From assembly GCA_964609585.1 (NCBI GenBank), contig CAZSRA010000002.1, positions 46,820 to 110,819 on the forward strand: a stretch of 64,000 nt of DNA, written 5' to 3'. This stretch comes from an uncultured Candidatus Saccharimonadales bacterium (lineage in GTDB: Bacteria; Patescibacteriota; Saccharimonadia; UBA4664). The position numbers and the translations under genes were made by a program. The notes under the pieces were generated by a model. That model saw only the letters and a program-made list of their open reading frames with translations. It was not told where the DNA came from and searched no databases. This document shows, piece after piece, positions 1 through 9,657 of the stretch. Positions within the stretch are counted from its first letter, which is position 1, and each line of letters begins with the position of its first letter.

Positions 1-742
1 AAAATTGGGGCAAGAGATACCAGAGATTGAGGGGTATCCAGATAATGAGGGCTTTGATCTGGAGACCGAGCCAACGCGCGGGGCCTTTCCGGCGTAAGTA
101 CAGGCACGAAACGGCGGCCATAACACCCAAAAGAATAAACAGAAAGGAAAGATTGGTGAGAGCGGTGGAAACGAAGGCGGTGGTAAAGAGGGCAAAGGCC
201 CAGATGTATTTGGTGCGCTCGGTGTCGAGGTATTTGAGGAATAGCCAGATGAGCCAGGGGAGGGCAGCGTTGAATAAATAGGCAAAGATGATCATGCGCC
301 AGCCGTTGATGGCGATGTAGAGATTGGACATGTAAAACAGGGCTGGAATGAGGATGGCGAAGGGTTTTTGCGGAAGTTTGTAGGTTTCGCCGAGGTACTT
401 TAGGAGTACAAGGGCACCGGAGCCTGTGAGAGAAAGGATACCGAGAAAGAAGATGGCCTGAGCAAGGATAGGGCTAAAACCGATGCCTTGGAGTATACCG
501 ATGAGGATAAAAAAGGGCACGATGGCGTAGCCGGTGGCGTCGATAATGCCGCCACTCAGCTGACTTTTCCAGCCGTAGGAGAAATCGTAAGCATGGGCAA
601 AGGGGTTGCCGATGGGCCAGGTACTGTCGGCGTAGAACAATAGGCCGCCGTGACGGTACCAAATGAGAATGGTGATGAGGCTGGCCGCAAAAACAGCGAG
701 GTGGGGCCAGTGTTTTGTAATAGTGTCTCGGTCGATTTTCAA
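1..742 (-). CDS. Multi-pass membrane protein, probable GT-C (AftD/DUF3367-like) glycosyltransferase; truncated by window edge
   Basis: Read manually: TTG at 742 overlaps the upstream TGA; frame open to base 1 (KHWPHLAVFAASLITILIWYRHGGLLFYADSTWP...ALFYMSNLY...); hydrophobic; in glycosyltransferase operon. Confidence 0.6.
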   Translation of the reverse strand, partial: MKIDRDTITKHWPHLAVFAASLITILIWYRHGGLLFYADSTWPIGNPFAHAYDFSYGWKSQLSGGIIDATGYAIVPFFILIGILQGIGFSPILAQAIFFLGILSLTGSGALVLLKYLGETYKLPQKPFAILIPALFYMSNLYIAINGWRMIIFAYLFNAALPWLIWLFLKYLDTERTKYIWAFALFTTAFVSTALTNLSFLFILLGVMAAVSCLYLRRKGPARWLGLQIKALIIWIPLNLWYLLPQF

Positions 743-1839
743 CGAAGGCCTCGTGTTAGGGCTTTCGTTAGGAGTTTACCTTGTTTTATAATGTCGTATT
801 TTTTGGCAGCGAGATTGATATTGTGCTCCTGGATGGCCTCGCGTCTTTTGCGATCGAACAGAAGGTGACTAACCGCTTGATTTAAGGCTTGTTGGTCGCC
901 CTGGGGGCAAATGATATTGTTGGTGGTGATAACTTCGGGGATAGCGCCGCAGTCGGTACTAATAACAGCCAGTCCACAAGCCATGGCTTCAACAAAGCTA
1001 AAACCGAACTGTTCGGAAGTGATTTTGAGGCCATATCGGGTGATGTCGCGACAGGGTAGTACGAATATACTGTGCTGGTTTAGGATGTCTGGCAAGTCTT
1101 TATTGGGAATTTTGCCTAGGTATTTTACATTAGGATATTTTTCGGTGTATTCGACTACCCGCGAACGATACGGGCCATCGCCAACGATCGTGAGCAATGT
1201 GTCTGGGTGATTTGGCATGATGTGATCGGCCATTTTGAGCGTGAGATCAATGCCTTTGTGCTCTTTGAGGCCGCCGACAAAGATGAGATTGGGAACTTGC
1301 TTCGCTCTCGTAGGCTTGAAAAGCTTTAGGTCAATACCGGGATACACTACCTCGATTTTGGACACGGGAGCGCCCAGCTGCATGAGGCTAAGTTTGGCTT
1401 TTTCGGAAACGCAAATGAAACGATTGGCATTTCGGATGCAATAGAGGCGGTTGCGAAGATGTGTGGGCAAGTAATGCAAGGGATGGGTGGGGATGAGTTC
1501 GTAAACGAGCACGACGACTGGTTTGTGGTGCTCGCGGCAATATTTGATAAATTGACGCGACAACGATGAGAAGATTTCGAGGACGATGACGACATCGACG
1601 TCCTCGAGGTAGTGTTCGAAGTTTTGATATTGGATGAGGCGAGCGGTGGAGTGAAATTTATCTTTGAATGCGGAGTTTTCGGATTCGTCGACGGGGCAGT
1701 ATTCAACGTTTTTTGGAGGCTCTTTCGGATAATCGGAAAAATCGGTGTCGATGAATTTGACGCGGTCGGCGTCGATACGGGTAAACCAGTCATACTCGTA
1801 GCACGGCCGGCCGGCATGGGAGATATAGGCAACTTTCAT
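739..1839 (-). CDS. GT4 family glycosyltransferase
   Basis: FVGGLKEHKG and EQFGFSFVEAMACG (ExFG...EA) motifs. Confidence 0.9.
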   Translation of the reverse strand: MKVAYISHAGRPCYEYDWFTRIDADRVKFIDTDFSDYPKEPPKNVEYCPVDESENSAFKDKFHSTARLIQYQNFEHYLEDVDVVIVLEIFSSLSRQFIKYCREHHKPVVVLVYELIPTHPLHYLPTHLRNRLYCIRNANRFICVSEKAKLSLMQLGAPVSKIEVVYPGIDLKLFKPTRAKQVPNLIFVGGLKEHKGIDLTLKMADHIMPNHPDTLLTIVGDGPYRSRVVEYTEKYPNVKYLGKIPNKDLPDILNQHSIFVLPCRDITRYGLKITSEQFGFSFVEAMACGLAVISTDCGAIPEVITTNNIICPQGDQQALNQAVSHLLFDRKRREAIQEHNINLAAKKYDIIKQGKLLTKALTRGLR

Positions 1840-2687
1840 GCGATGGTACGAGCGGGGGCTTTGGGTTTAAGACTCTTTGGCGGGCCCACGAGCATACCGG
1901 TAGCACCGGCTGCATATTTTACGACCATGTAGAACCAGAAGGCCAGAAACAGATGTGGGGTTTTTGCGAGGTCCTTTTGGAGTTTGCGAAAACTGGGGCG
2001 GAAGAAGGCGAGTTGACTGCGGCCGCGAGCGCCGCTTTTTTGCCGGTAGCGGCGAATAGTGCGCCCATAATAGTAAAATTTGTGCCAGACGTCCCAGATG
2101 GTTTTGGGCTCGCCAATGTGGTTTTCAACGGCGTCAACATGGGCCCATTTGTAGCCGGCAGCGGCGAGGCGGTTGTGGAGGTCAAAATCTTCGCCGGCGA
2201 CGAGGGTTTCGTCGAAGCCGCCAAGCGCCTTAAACGCGCTGCGTTTCATGAAACGCACGGCCACGATTGAAGTGTCGCCGCGGTAGCTTTCGCGTTCAAT
2301 GTAGCGCACCTTGGCCCAAAGACTGGTACCGACGCTGCGATTATGCAGGGCAAGGGCGTCGTAGCCTTGGGCCATTTTTTTGACACAGGCGTCGATGACG
2401 TTTGGATCTAGGACATAGTCGGGTCCGATGCGATAAATGTACTCCCCTTTTGCTTTTGTGAAGCCATAATTAAATTGAGTGGAACGTTCTGGACCAATTT
2501 GGTAAACATGGTCCGTATATTTCTGGGCGATTTCGTAGGTGCCGTCGGTAGAGAAATTATCGACGATGATAATTTCGACATTTTTGTAGGTTTGAGCTTT
2601 GAGGCTCTCGAGGCAGGCTTCAAAGTGAGTGGCGGTGTTTTTGCAGGCAATGATAACGGAAACAAGCGGCGTTTTCGTGTTATTCAT
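1836..2687 (-). CDS. GT2 family glycosyltransferase
   Basis: LVSVIIACKN, IIVDNFSTD, GEDFDL motifs; start moved to ATG 2687 overlapping upstream gene end. Confidence 0.9.
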   Translation of the reverse strand: MNNTKTPLVSVIIACKNTATHFEACLESLKAQTYKNVEIIIVDNFSTDGTYEIAQKYTDHVYQIGPERSTQFNYGFTKAKGEYIYRIGPDYVLDPNVIDACVKKMAQGYDALALHNRSVGTSLWAKVRYIERESYRGDTSIVAVRFMKRSAFKALGGFDETLVAGEDFDLHNRLAAAGYKWAHVDAVENHIGEPKTIWDVWHKFYYYGRTIRRYRQKSGARGRSQLAFFRPSFRKLQKDLAKTPHLFLAFWFYMVVKYAAGATGMLVGPPKSLKPKAPARTIA

Positions 2688-3522
2688 TGGACGTCTCTCC
2701 AGGTTTTGGAGAGGACAAGTAGCCAACGGCACCACTCGTATACTCGGCGGTCTTAAGAACCAGAAGACCGAGACCAATGAGGGGGCGGGCAAATAACGTG
2801 CGGGGACGAGAGAAGAACATCCGGTAACGATGAAGTGGTCCGATGGCGGCGGTATGTTCCGGAGAAGTGTGTTCTTTGGCCAAATAGTTACGCGCATGCT
2901 TGGCGTAATAGTACTTTTTGCTCAAGGTCCGCTTGATGCTCAGGTGACCCTCATTGTGGCGGATGAACTGATGAATGCGGGCGGTGGGGCCAAGGCGACG
3001 CAAGCGCGCGGATAGATCCCAATCTTCGCCAGCTACAAGCTGCGTGTCGTAGCCGCCTAGCTCTTGGTAAATAGAGCGGGGGAAGAAACGGACAGCCTCG
3101 ATGGCGTCGTTGCCCACATAGAATGAACGTTCGAGTGCTTTGCACTTGGCCCAAAACCCCTGACCGAATGACTCTTCGGGGATGATGATGCCCTTGTAGC
3201 CAGGGACGCTTGCGAAGATGTCGATGCACGCTTCGATCACTTTGGGGGTGAGTTCCATATCTGAATCAATAATAGCAACATACTCGCCCGTGGCTTTATC
3301 TACACCGAAGTTGCGTTGGGCAGAGCGCTCGGGGCCGTGGTTGTAGACATGAGACGTGAAACGGCGCGCAATGTCTTTAGTGGCGTCGGTGGAATCGCGG
3401 TCGACAACGATGAGTTCGATGTGCTGGTAGGTTTGATTCTTAATCGAACTGAGGCAGGCGCTTAAAAAGTCTGCTGAGTTATGAGTGGGGACAATGATGG
3501 AGACGAGGGAATCTTTGAGCAT
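2680..3522 (-). CDS. GT2 family glycosyltransferase (paralog of the downstream gene)
   Basis: VSIIVPTHN, VVDRDSTD, IDSD, GEDWDL. Confidence 0.9.
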   Translation of the reverse strand: MLKDSLVSIIVPTHNSADFLSACLSSIKNQTYQHIELIVVDRDSTDATKDIARRFTSHVYNHGPERSAQRNFGVDKATGEYVAIIDSDMELTPKVIEACIDIFASVPGYKGIIIPEESFGQGFWAKCKALERSFYVGNDAIEAVRFFPRSIYQELGGYDTQLVAGEDWDLSARLRRLGPTARIHQFIRHNEGHLSIKRTLSKKYYYAKHARNYLAKEHTSPEHTAAIGPLHRYRMFFSRPRTLFARPLIGLGLLVLKTAEYTSGAVGYLSSPKPGETSNE

Positions 3523-3734
3523 ACAAGCCTGATTTTACCAGATGAAAAAGATGGCAATATGTGCATTCTTATATCTTCCCGTTGTGACTGGTCGGTTGGT
3601 TTTGTAACTTATGATAACCTCCTCCTATATCTCGGCTTACTTGTACGAAATGCCCCGGTCCTTACTGAAAAGACTGGGGCAGTCGTCGTAACCGTACTGT
3701 GGCCTGAAGGCCAAGATGCACTCCAGGTTGATCT

Positions 3735-4136
3735 TTAGTGACGGTGAACCTGGAGCAGCGCCACGCTCATGAGTACGATGAAGGCCAGCAGCAGGGCGGT
3801 GTACCCGGCCTGCAGAAGGCGATAGCGGGAGTATTGGGTGGCCATGAAGCGTCGGTGCGCGTTGTCGGCGGCGAAGAGGCTGGCGGCCGCACCAAGAAGC
3901 TCGGCCGTTAGCGCAACCACGACGAAGTGGATGGATGCGAGGGCTCCGACGATCGCTGTCGGGATCAGGGTAATCCATCTGAACTGGTACGTAGGTGCTG
4001 AGCCTTTGCCCGGGACTTTCTTGGGCTCTTCCTGGGGGTCGCGGGAGGGCAACACCAGGAGCATGAGGCCCGTGAGGGCGATGTCGAGGCCCAGCCACTT
4101 GAACGGACTGATCCCGACGAGCCAGTGAGAGGTCAT
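3735..4136 (-). CDS. Hypothetical membrane protein (GC-rich cassette)
   Basis: GGGGGA SD before ATG 4136; several hydrophobic segments; hairpin TGCCCC...GGGGCA downstream at 3651-3681. Confidence 0.6.
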   Translation of the reverse strand: MTSHWLVGISPFKWLGLDIALTGLMLLVLPSRDPQEEPKKVPGKGSAPTYQFRWITLIPTAIVGALASIHFVVVALTAELLGAAASLFAADNAHRRFMATQYSRYRLLQAGYTALLLAFIVLMSVALLQVHRH

Positions 4137-4205
4137 TATTCCCCCAGTCCGAAGGTACGACGGTTTTTTCCGCTTTCGCGGACCCATCCGGAAGATGAGT
4201 TTTAT

Positions 4206-4234
4206 ATCGTGTCACTTTTTGTATTGATTGTCAA
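4206..4234 (-). promoter_or_regulatory. sigma70-like promoter TTGACA-N17-CACGAT
   Basis: Perfect -35, 17-nt spacer, weak -10. Confidence 0.5.
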
Positions 4235-4303
4235 TTTTATTAAAAGCCTGAATGCGATAAAAACGGTTCGCCCCGCCCTAGAGTTTGTGGCTCCGGGGCG
4301 GGG

Positions 4304-4963
4304 CTAGGAACTACCGGGACAATCGTGCCCGTGTTGCTGGTGGCGGGCGAAGTCGCTGAGCGACCTCGCGATCGGGGCGACGTGAACGCTGGCGATGACC
4401 GCGAGGCCTATCCAGGCGGCTATCGGATCCAGGATCGGGGAGCCACGGCAGAGCCCGATCGCTAGGTAGGCAAGCAGGGCCACTCCTGACGCCACCGAAT
4501 CGCCGAGTAGGTGAGCAATCGCCACTGCGATATTGGCGTCGCTGTCGTCCTTGCCACCTTCGAGCTTGCGGTGGAAAGCGACATTGGCGGCGAAGCTGAT
4601 GAGCTCGAGGACAAATGCCAGCCAAATTCCTCCCGCAGTTATGGAGCTGCGCATTAGTACGAGCAGCACCCCCGAAATGACGACGGTGAGGCCGGCGCTG
4701 AGTGCAGGCGCAAGGGGGAGGATTCGACAGGTCCAGAGCCGCCCGAGAGCTCTATTCTTGAGCCTGAGGGCAGCTAGGCTTACACCGAGAACAGGTGCTT
4801 CGCCGAGATTGTGGAGCGCGTCCACCAGGAGAGCAACGCGGCCCGCCAGGAGGGCGACGACGAGCTGAACCAACCCGAGACACCCGAAGGTGACTATCGC
4901 CCATCCCAGAACGGCCTGCTTGTCGCTGCCCTGCCCGTGGCTGTGTTCGTGCGAGTGCGACAT
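4304..4963 (-). CDS. Cation diffusion facilitator (CDF) transporter, short form
   Basis: His-rich N-terminus MSHSHEHSH; DALHN and AHLLGD motifs; LDP; GAGAGGG SD before ATG 4963. Confidence 0.8.
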   Translation of the reverse strand: MSHSHEHSHGQGSDKQAVLGWAIVTFGCLGLVQLVVALLAGRVALLVDALHNLGEAPVLGVSLAALRLKNRALGRLWTCRILPLAPALSAGLTVVISGVLLVLMRSSITAGGIWLAFVLELISFAANVAFHRKLEGGKDDSDANIAVAIAHLLGDSVASGVALLAYLAIGLCRGSPILDPIAAWIGLAVIASVHVAPIARSLSDFARHQQHGHDCPGSS

Positions 4964-5039
4964 GAGCACCCTCTCGTAGGTAAAAGGATCGTGCTCGGTC
5001 GAGCCGGGACCCACGGTGAGGTGAGTCCCGGTTGCTCGG

Positions 5040-5618
5040 TTAGTGGGAGGTCGGGCGATGGGTCGCCAGATGATCACGGAGCATGGCGTCGATGGTCGAC
5101 TCCACGTATTTCCAGTCGTTCTCACACCCCACTTCCACTCCTATGATATGGGAGTAGACGTGGACCCGGACCACCCCGCCGACACTGAGGATTTGAGCGG
5201 CGAGAGACCAGCCAGCTTCGGAGAGGAGCGGGGGAGGGTCACTTGCGGGGTACCGGGATTTTCTCGTGAGGGTGACGCTCACGCCGCTGGGGCAAGCGTG
5301 CATCTCTACGAGGCTTGGGAACCACCTTGTATTCTGGTTTGACTTCGAAGATCCTCCTGCCTCTTCGTTCTGTTCCGGGTTTTTACCGGGTCGATTGGGG
5401 GCAGGGTAAACCGTCCGAACTAGCGTTTGGATGGTGCTGACGGTCGCCCAGATGATGGCCCCGATCGCGAAGCACAAGACGACCACCCAGGCTGTGAGTA
5501 GGCGGGTCTTCATGGCCGTCCCGACGCTCTGGCTACCGTGGATGCCGACGACAAAGACGATGGACAATACGGCCATCGCGGCAGGCTGTTCGATGATCGT
5601 CCCGGCCAAAGAGGGCAT
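5040..5618 (-). CDS. Membrane-anchored protein with C-terminal Nfu/NifU-N-like domain
   Basis: Two TM segments then LAAQILSVGGVVRVHVYSHIIGVEVGCENDWKYVESTI resembling the Nfu_N pattern; GGGAG SD before ATG 5618. Confidence 0.55.
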   Translation of the reverse strand: MPSLAGTIIEQPAAMAVLSIVFVVGIHGSQSVGTAMKTRLLTAWVVVLCFAIGAIIWATVSTIQTLVRTVYPAPNRPGKNPEQNEEAGGSSKSNQNTRWFPSLVEMHACPSGVSVTLTRKSRYPASDPPPLLSEAGWSLAAQILSVGGVVRVHVYSHIIGVEVGCENDWKYVESTIDAMLRDHLATHRPTSH

Positions 5619-5687
5619 GGGTTTGTCTCCCGTTCTTGTCAGGGTACGACTGCGAAGTGTCCATCCCAGGACTGAGATGGATGATGG

Positions 5688-5716
5688 ATAATATAATACC
5701 CCGTGGTTATTGTCAA
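5688..5716 (-). promoter_or_regulatory. sigma70-like promoter TTGACA-N17-TATTAT
   Basis: Near-consensus hexamers, 17-nt spacer. Confidence 0.75.
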
Positions 5717-5725
5717 AGTTATAGC

Positions 5726-5754
5726 TTGCCAAGATGCTTCTTTTGGGTTAAGGT
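5726..5754 (+). promoter_or_regulatory. sigma70-like promoter TTGCCA-N17-TAAGGT (divergent)
   Basis: Back-to-back with the minus-strand promoter. Confidence 0.6.
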
Positions 5755-5831
5755 ATCTTTTACCTCATCGGTTTCTCTGATGACTGACGGATCGCCCCCG
5801 CTCCGTCTCGAACTGCCTCTGGGAGAGGTAT

Positions 5832-6005
5832 ATGTTCCGCCAGATCATGCTAGCACTCCAGCCGTGGAAAAACCCGGCCGGCAACAAGCAGGCTAGGCGT
5901 CTGCGCCGCGTTGGCGTCGTCGGCTGGACCGGCATCGCCGGAGCGCTTCTGATGAAGTTCCAGCACCCCATCGGCCTCGGCCGCCCCCGGCACAAGAACC
6001 GCTAG
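5832..6005 (+). CDS. 57-aa basic small protein (not in ORF track)
   Basis: GGGAGAGG SD, ATG 5832, TAG 6003-6005: MFRQIMLALQPWKNPAGNKQARRLRRVGVVGWTGIAGALLMKFQHPIGLGRPRHKNR; own promoter and terminator. Confidence 0.6.
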   Translation: MFRQIMLALQPWKNPAGNKQARRLRRVGVVGWTGIAGALLMKFQHPIGLGRPRHKNR

Positions 6006-6017
6006 GCGCCCACAGAT

Positions 6018-6061
6018 CGCTCTGCCCCTCCCCCACCATAGGGACGGGCGGAGCGCTTTTT
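6018..6061 (+). terminator. Intrinsic terminator
   Basis: CGCTCTGCCC...GGGCGGAGCG followed by T-run. Confidence 0.65.
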
Positions 6062-7172
6062 ATGTACTTAAACCAAGCGCGCGCGCGAAATCGATGTAGG
6101 AATGGTCGAAGGTGAGCGTGCGGGCCCATTCGAGGCCAGCTTGGCGCAGATACTGGTAGTGGTCGAGATTTGCAAGGAGATCTGCGATGGCTTCTGCCAT
6201 GGCTTCTGGAGTGTTGCTCGCGGCAATGAGGCCGGTGACGCCAGGACGAACGCTGTCTCTGAGACCATCCACGTCATACACGACAGCTGGAGTGCCCTGG
6301 CTGGCGGCTTCTGTCACAATGAGGCCCCAGCCTTCTTTTACACTGGTAACGAGGATGGCGTGGCTTTTTTGCATGAGTGTGAGTTTGGCGGCAGGGGTAG
6401 TGCGGCCAGCGTAATGAATGCTCCCAGCATAGGGGCTGGTTTTGATATAATTTAGGACTTTTTGGCCGTATGGGCCCGAAGCATCTCCAGAGATTATGAG
6501 CCGCAAGTTTGGTATTTTGGCTTTGGCCAGCTCAAATGCTTTAATTTGGTCGAGCGTGCGTTTCATAGGGCGAATGGAGCCGTGAGACAGGAGAGTGGGG
6601 GTTTTGAATTTGGTGGCGGAGTCTGGGTTTCGCAGTGGGGCAAGGTTTGTGGCTTCGGAGATAAGATGGATACTGGCGGCTTTAAAGCCGTGACTTATGA
6701 GGTCTTGTTTTGTGGAATTTGAGACGGCTATGACGGTGGATTTTGGTTTTAGCAGACGTAAATACAGGGGCTCTAGCAGGTAGCCAACTTGGGCTAACGG
6801 AAAAGGCAGCTCGTAAAACCAAATTTCGCGGCAAAGCATGTGGAAAAAGAGGACAGTGCGAGTACGCGCGTAATAACCCGTGAAATAAGGCATGGTGTTG
6901 CATTCATCGATGACGAGATCGGCGGCTAGCTCATGGCGATGGCGCAAGTAGTAGAGAGCCGAGGTGAGATAGTTGGTGTAGCGATTTCCGGTACGAATAA
7001 TGCGAAAGCCACGACGGCTAAGGTTTGACTGGGCGCTAGCAAAACCGGCGGTGAGAAAGGTGACGTTGTGACCCGACACGACAAGGCGGGCGGCGAGCTC
7101 TTCGTTGACCACTTCGGCGCCGCCGGCCAGGGGATGATCTAAATCTTTCCAGGTAAACCAGACAATGTTCAC
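6060..7172 (-). CDS. GT4 family glycosyltransferase
   Basis: HPLAGGAE N-terminus; KEGWGLIVTEAASQGTP; GLRDSV. Confidence 0.9.
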   Translation of the reverse strand: MNIVWFTWKDLDHPLAGGAEVVNEELAARLVVSGHNVTFLTAGFASAQSNLSRRGFRIIRTGNRYTNYLTSALYYLRHRHELAADLVIDECNTMPYFTGYYARTRTVLFFHMLCREIWFYELPFPLAQVGYLLEPLYLRLLKPKSTVIAVSNSTKQDLISHGFKAASIHLISEATNLAPLRNPDSATKFKTPTLLSHGSIRPMKRTLDQIKAFELAKAKIPNLRLIISGDASGPYGQKVLNYIKTSPYAGSIHYAGRTTPAAKLTLMQKSHAILVTSVKEGWGLIVTEAASQGTPAVVYDVDGLRDSVRPGVTGLIAASNTPEAMAEAIADLLANLDHYQYLRQAGLEWARTLTFDHSYIDFARALGLST

Positions 7173-8158
7173 GAGGCTGGATCTGTTTTGGTTTTAGCCT
7201 CAATTTCGGGGGATTTTTCTGGACGGACTACATAGAGCGGGCGGTTGTTGACCTCGGTATGGATGGCTGCGATATAGAGCGAAATGAGACCCAGGGCAAT
7301 GAGGATGAGGCCAACGAGGAAGAGCAGGATGACGGCGAGGATGGCTGGGCCGGTAAAATTAAGATTCCAGGGGTCGCCGAGGAGGTATTTTTCGATAAGG
7401 ATAAAGAGGCCGAGAGGTCCGGAGATGGCGGTAATTATAAAGCCGAGATACCCCGCAACCTTGAGGGGAAAGAGGCTCATAGAGATGAACGAGGTCATGG
7501 CGAGATTGAGGAGCTTATAGTAGGAGTAGGCAGCGGTGCCGGCATGGCGGCGGGCGGGGGTGAAATAGACATAGGCGCGACGGAACCCGAGCCAGTCTAT
7601 GAGCCCACGGGTAATGCGACCGTGCTCGGTAAAGCGGTTGAATTCGTTGATGACGAGGCGATCGATGAGGCGGTAGTCGGTGGCATGAGCGCGGATTTTG
7701 ACATCGGAGATAGCACCCAGCAGGCGGTAAAACAGGGCACTGCCGGCTCGTTTGAGCACGGGCGCCTGGCGAGCGCTAGCGCGGCGCTCGACCCCCACGA
7801 CCACTTCGGCGCCAGCATGCCAAGCGGCCACGAGCTCAGGGATAAGGGCCGGTGGGTGCTGGAGATCGGCATCGATCGTGATGGCAGCGGCACCTCGAGC
7901 GGCGCGCAGGCCGGCAGTGATGGCGATTTCTTTGCCAAAGTTGCGCACGAGCTCTAGGAGGCGAATATTCGGGTGACGTAGCTGGAGCTTGCGGATGCGA
8001 GTGGTAGTGTCGTCTGTGGAACCATCGTCGACGTAGATGAATTCGTATGTATCGCGCGCTCCTTTGGTGGCAGCGATGAGGGCGCTGTGCAGAGGCTCAA
8101 GATTGCCGTCTTCGTTGTGGCACGGAATGATAACAGAAATAAGGCTGGGATGCGGCAT
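7169..8158 (-). CDS. GT2 polyprenyl-phosphate glycosyltransferase (GtrB/YkoT-like)
   Basis: VDDGSTD, RNFGKE, DADLQHPP, two C-terminal TMs, RPLY. Confidence 0.9.
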   Translation of the reverse strand: MPHPSLISVIIPCHNEDGNLEPLHSALIAATKGARDTYEFIYVDDGSTDDTTTRIRKLQLRHPNIRLLELVRNFGKEIAITAGLRAARGAAAITIDADLQHPPALIPELVAAWHAGAEVVVGVERRASARQAPVLKRAGSALFYRLLGAISDVKIRAHATDYRLIDRLVINEFNRFTEHGRITRGLIDWLGFRRAYVYFTPARRHAGTAAYSYYKLLNLAMTSFISMSLFPLKVAGYLGFIITAISGPLGLFILIEKYLLGDPWNLNFTGPAILAVILLFLVGLILIALGLISLYIAAIHTEVNNRPLYVVRPEKSPEIEAKTKTDPAS

Positions 8159-8168
8159 ACGGGTGGTA

Positions 8169-9446
8169 TTATAGCCCGGCCAAACGGCGGCGCAATGTGG
8201 CTAATATTCTAAAAATTAGCATGATGCTAGAGCCAAATAACACAGAATGTACAACGGCGGCCGGGGTGGCGTGATTTGCTAGCACGAGCCAGACGGTGGC
8301 CGCACTGCCAGCGAGAGCAATGCTGGCACTGGACCAGCGCCTAAGCGCCAGGTCGTAGGTGAGCAAAAGATTCACAAACGCAATAATAAACAGCGCAAGG
8401 CTTAGCTCCGGCAGAAGGCCGGCGAGCGCGAGATACCGCGATCCGATGAGGAGCTTCACGACGAGTTGGGGCGCGACCATAAAGAGCAATAAGGCGGTAC
8501 CACCAAGGGCGGTTTGGAGCATGATGGAATGACGCAGATGCCCACGGTTGGTGGCGAGTGGAGCCCCGAGTTTAACTGTTGAAAGTAAGACAGCCGCAAC
8601 GGATCCGGTGAGGAAATAAATGATGCGGGCGACAGTGGCGACTCCAGCATAGGCGCCGGCTACTTCAGGCGAAAAATAATGCTTTACCACAAGGATATCG
8701 AAGCTAAACTGCGTGGTAGTAACGAGCGATACGATGAGCACAAGGCTGGCGTAGGGCAATTGAGGCTTGATGAGGGCTATGTCGGGAGCGCGCAAGAAGG
8801 GGCGGGCGGCGGGATGCAGGCCAAGGCGGCGAGCATTATGGCGAGCGTAGGCAAAGGATATGGTTTGGGCAATGACAAGCCCCGCAATCGCCCCCGATGT
8901 GCCGAGCCCTAAAACGACCAAAAGGGCTGAAATAATGAGCTTGGAACCGGCCGAGATGATGCCAGCGATAGAAAGTTTGGTGAAGGCGTTTACGCCGCGC
9001 AGATAGGCTGACCGCAAAGAGAGCGGCATGCTTATAGCTAGTGAAAGGCCCAGGATGACGAAGGGCAGCGGGGCGGAAAAATGCAGAAAGGCTTGAAGCT
9101 GCGGCAAAAAGATAAGCGCAGCAAGCAGGAAGGCCACGATTATAAGGGTGCCGAGGCGTTCGAGCTCGGTGATGATGCGGCTGCGGAGAGTAGTGCTGGA
9201 CTCGTTGGTGACAATGTTGACGGCGACGCTGGTGACGACATTTAGGAAAATGGTGGCCTGTAGAAAAAGGGATACGAGTGCCTGCACTTCACCAAATTGA
9301 CTAGTGGGCAGGAGTCGTCCAAGAACAGGGTAATACAGATAGTTGAGCACGCTTATGGCCAGAGAACCTGTGAAAAAGATGGCATTGTGACGGAGAAAGT
9401 CGCTTGTGCGCACACGATGGATAAGGCTTGAGATGAGGTCTTTCAC
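8169..9446 (-). CDS. Wzx-like oligosaccharide flippase
   Basis: Many TM segments, GRLL.TSQFG, DILVVKHYF..EVAGAY; start uncertain (GTG 9446 or TTG 9482). Confidence 0.85.
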   Translation of the reverse strand: MKDLISSLIHRVRTSDFLRHNAIFFTGSLAISVLNYLYYPVLGRLLPTSQFGEVQALVSLFLQATIFLNVVTSVAVNIVTNESSTTLRSRIITELERLGTLIIVAFLLAALIFLPQLQAFLHFSAPLPFVILGLSLAISMPLSLRSAYLRGVNAFTKLSIAGIISAGSKLIISALLVVLGLGTSGAIAGLVIAQTISFAYARHNARRLGLHPAARPFLRAPDIALIKPQLPYASLVLIVSLVTTTQFSFDILVVKHYFSPEVAGAYAGVATVARIIYFLTGSVAAVLLSTVKLGAPLATNRGHLRHSIMLQTALGGTALLLFMVAPQLVVKLLIGSRYLALAGLLPELSLALFIIAFVNLLLTYDLALRRWSSASIALAGSAATVWLVLANHATPAAVVHSVLFGSSIMLIFRILATLRRRLAGL

Positions 9447-9506
9447 TCTTACGAGGTTACATTGGTTTGCCGCGATGGCCAAATTTGGTTTTAGCGGTAG
9501 CTTACC

Positions 9507-9535
9507 TTGTACCTTTTGGCTATTTGTGTTACGCT
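9507..9535 (+). promoter_or_regulatory. sigma70-like promoter TTGTAC-N17-TACGCT
   Basis: 17-nt spacer, upstream of GC-rich cassette. Confidence 0.45.
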
Positions 9536-9657
9536 TTGATCCCTAAAATATCTTCTGGAGCTTGAGCCGATCCCCAGATGGGCACTTGATCTAGACGATA
9601 TCGACGTAGCGTCTAGAGCCACCGTGTGCACCTTCTCAAAGCCCCCCAGGAGTGATC

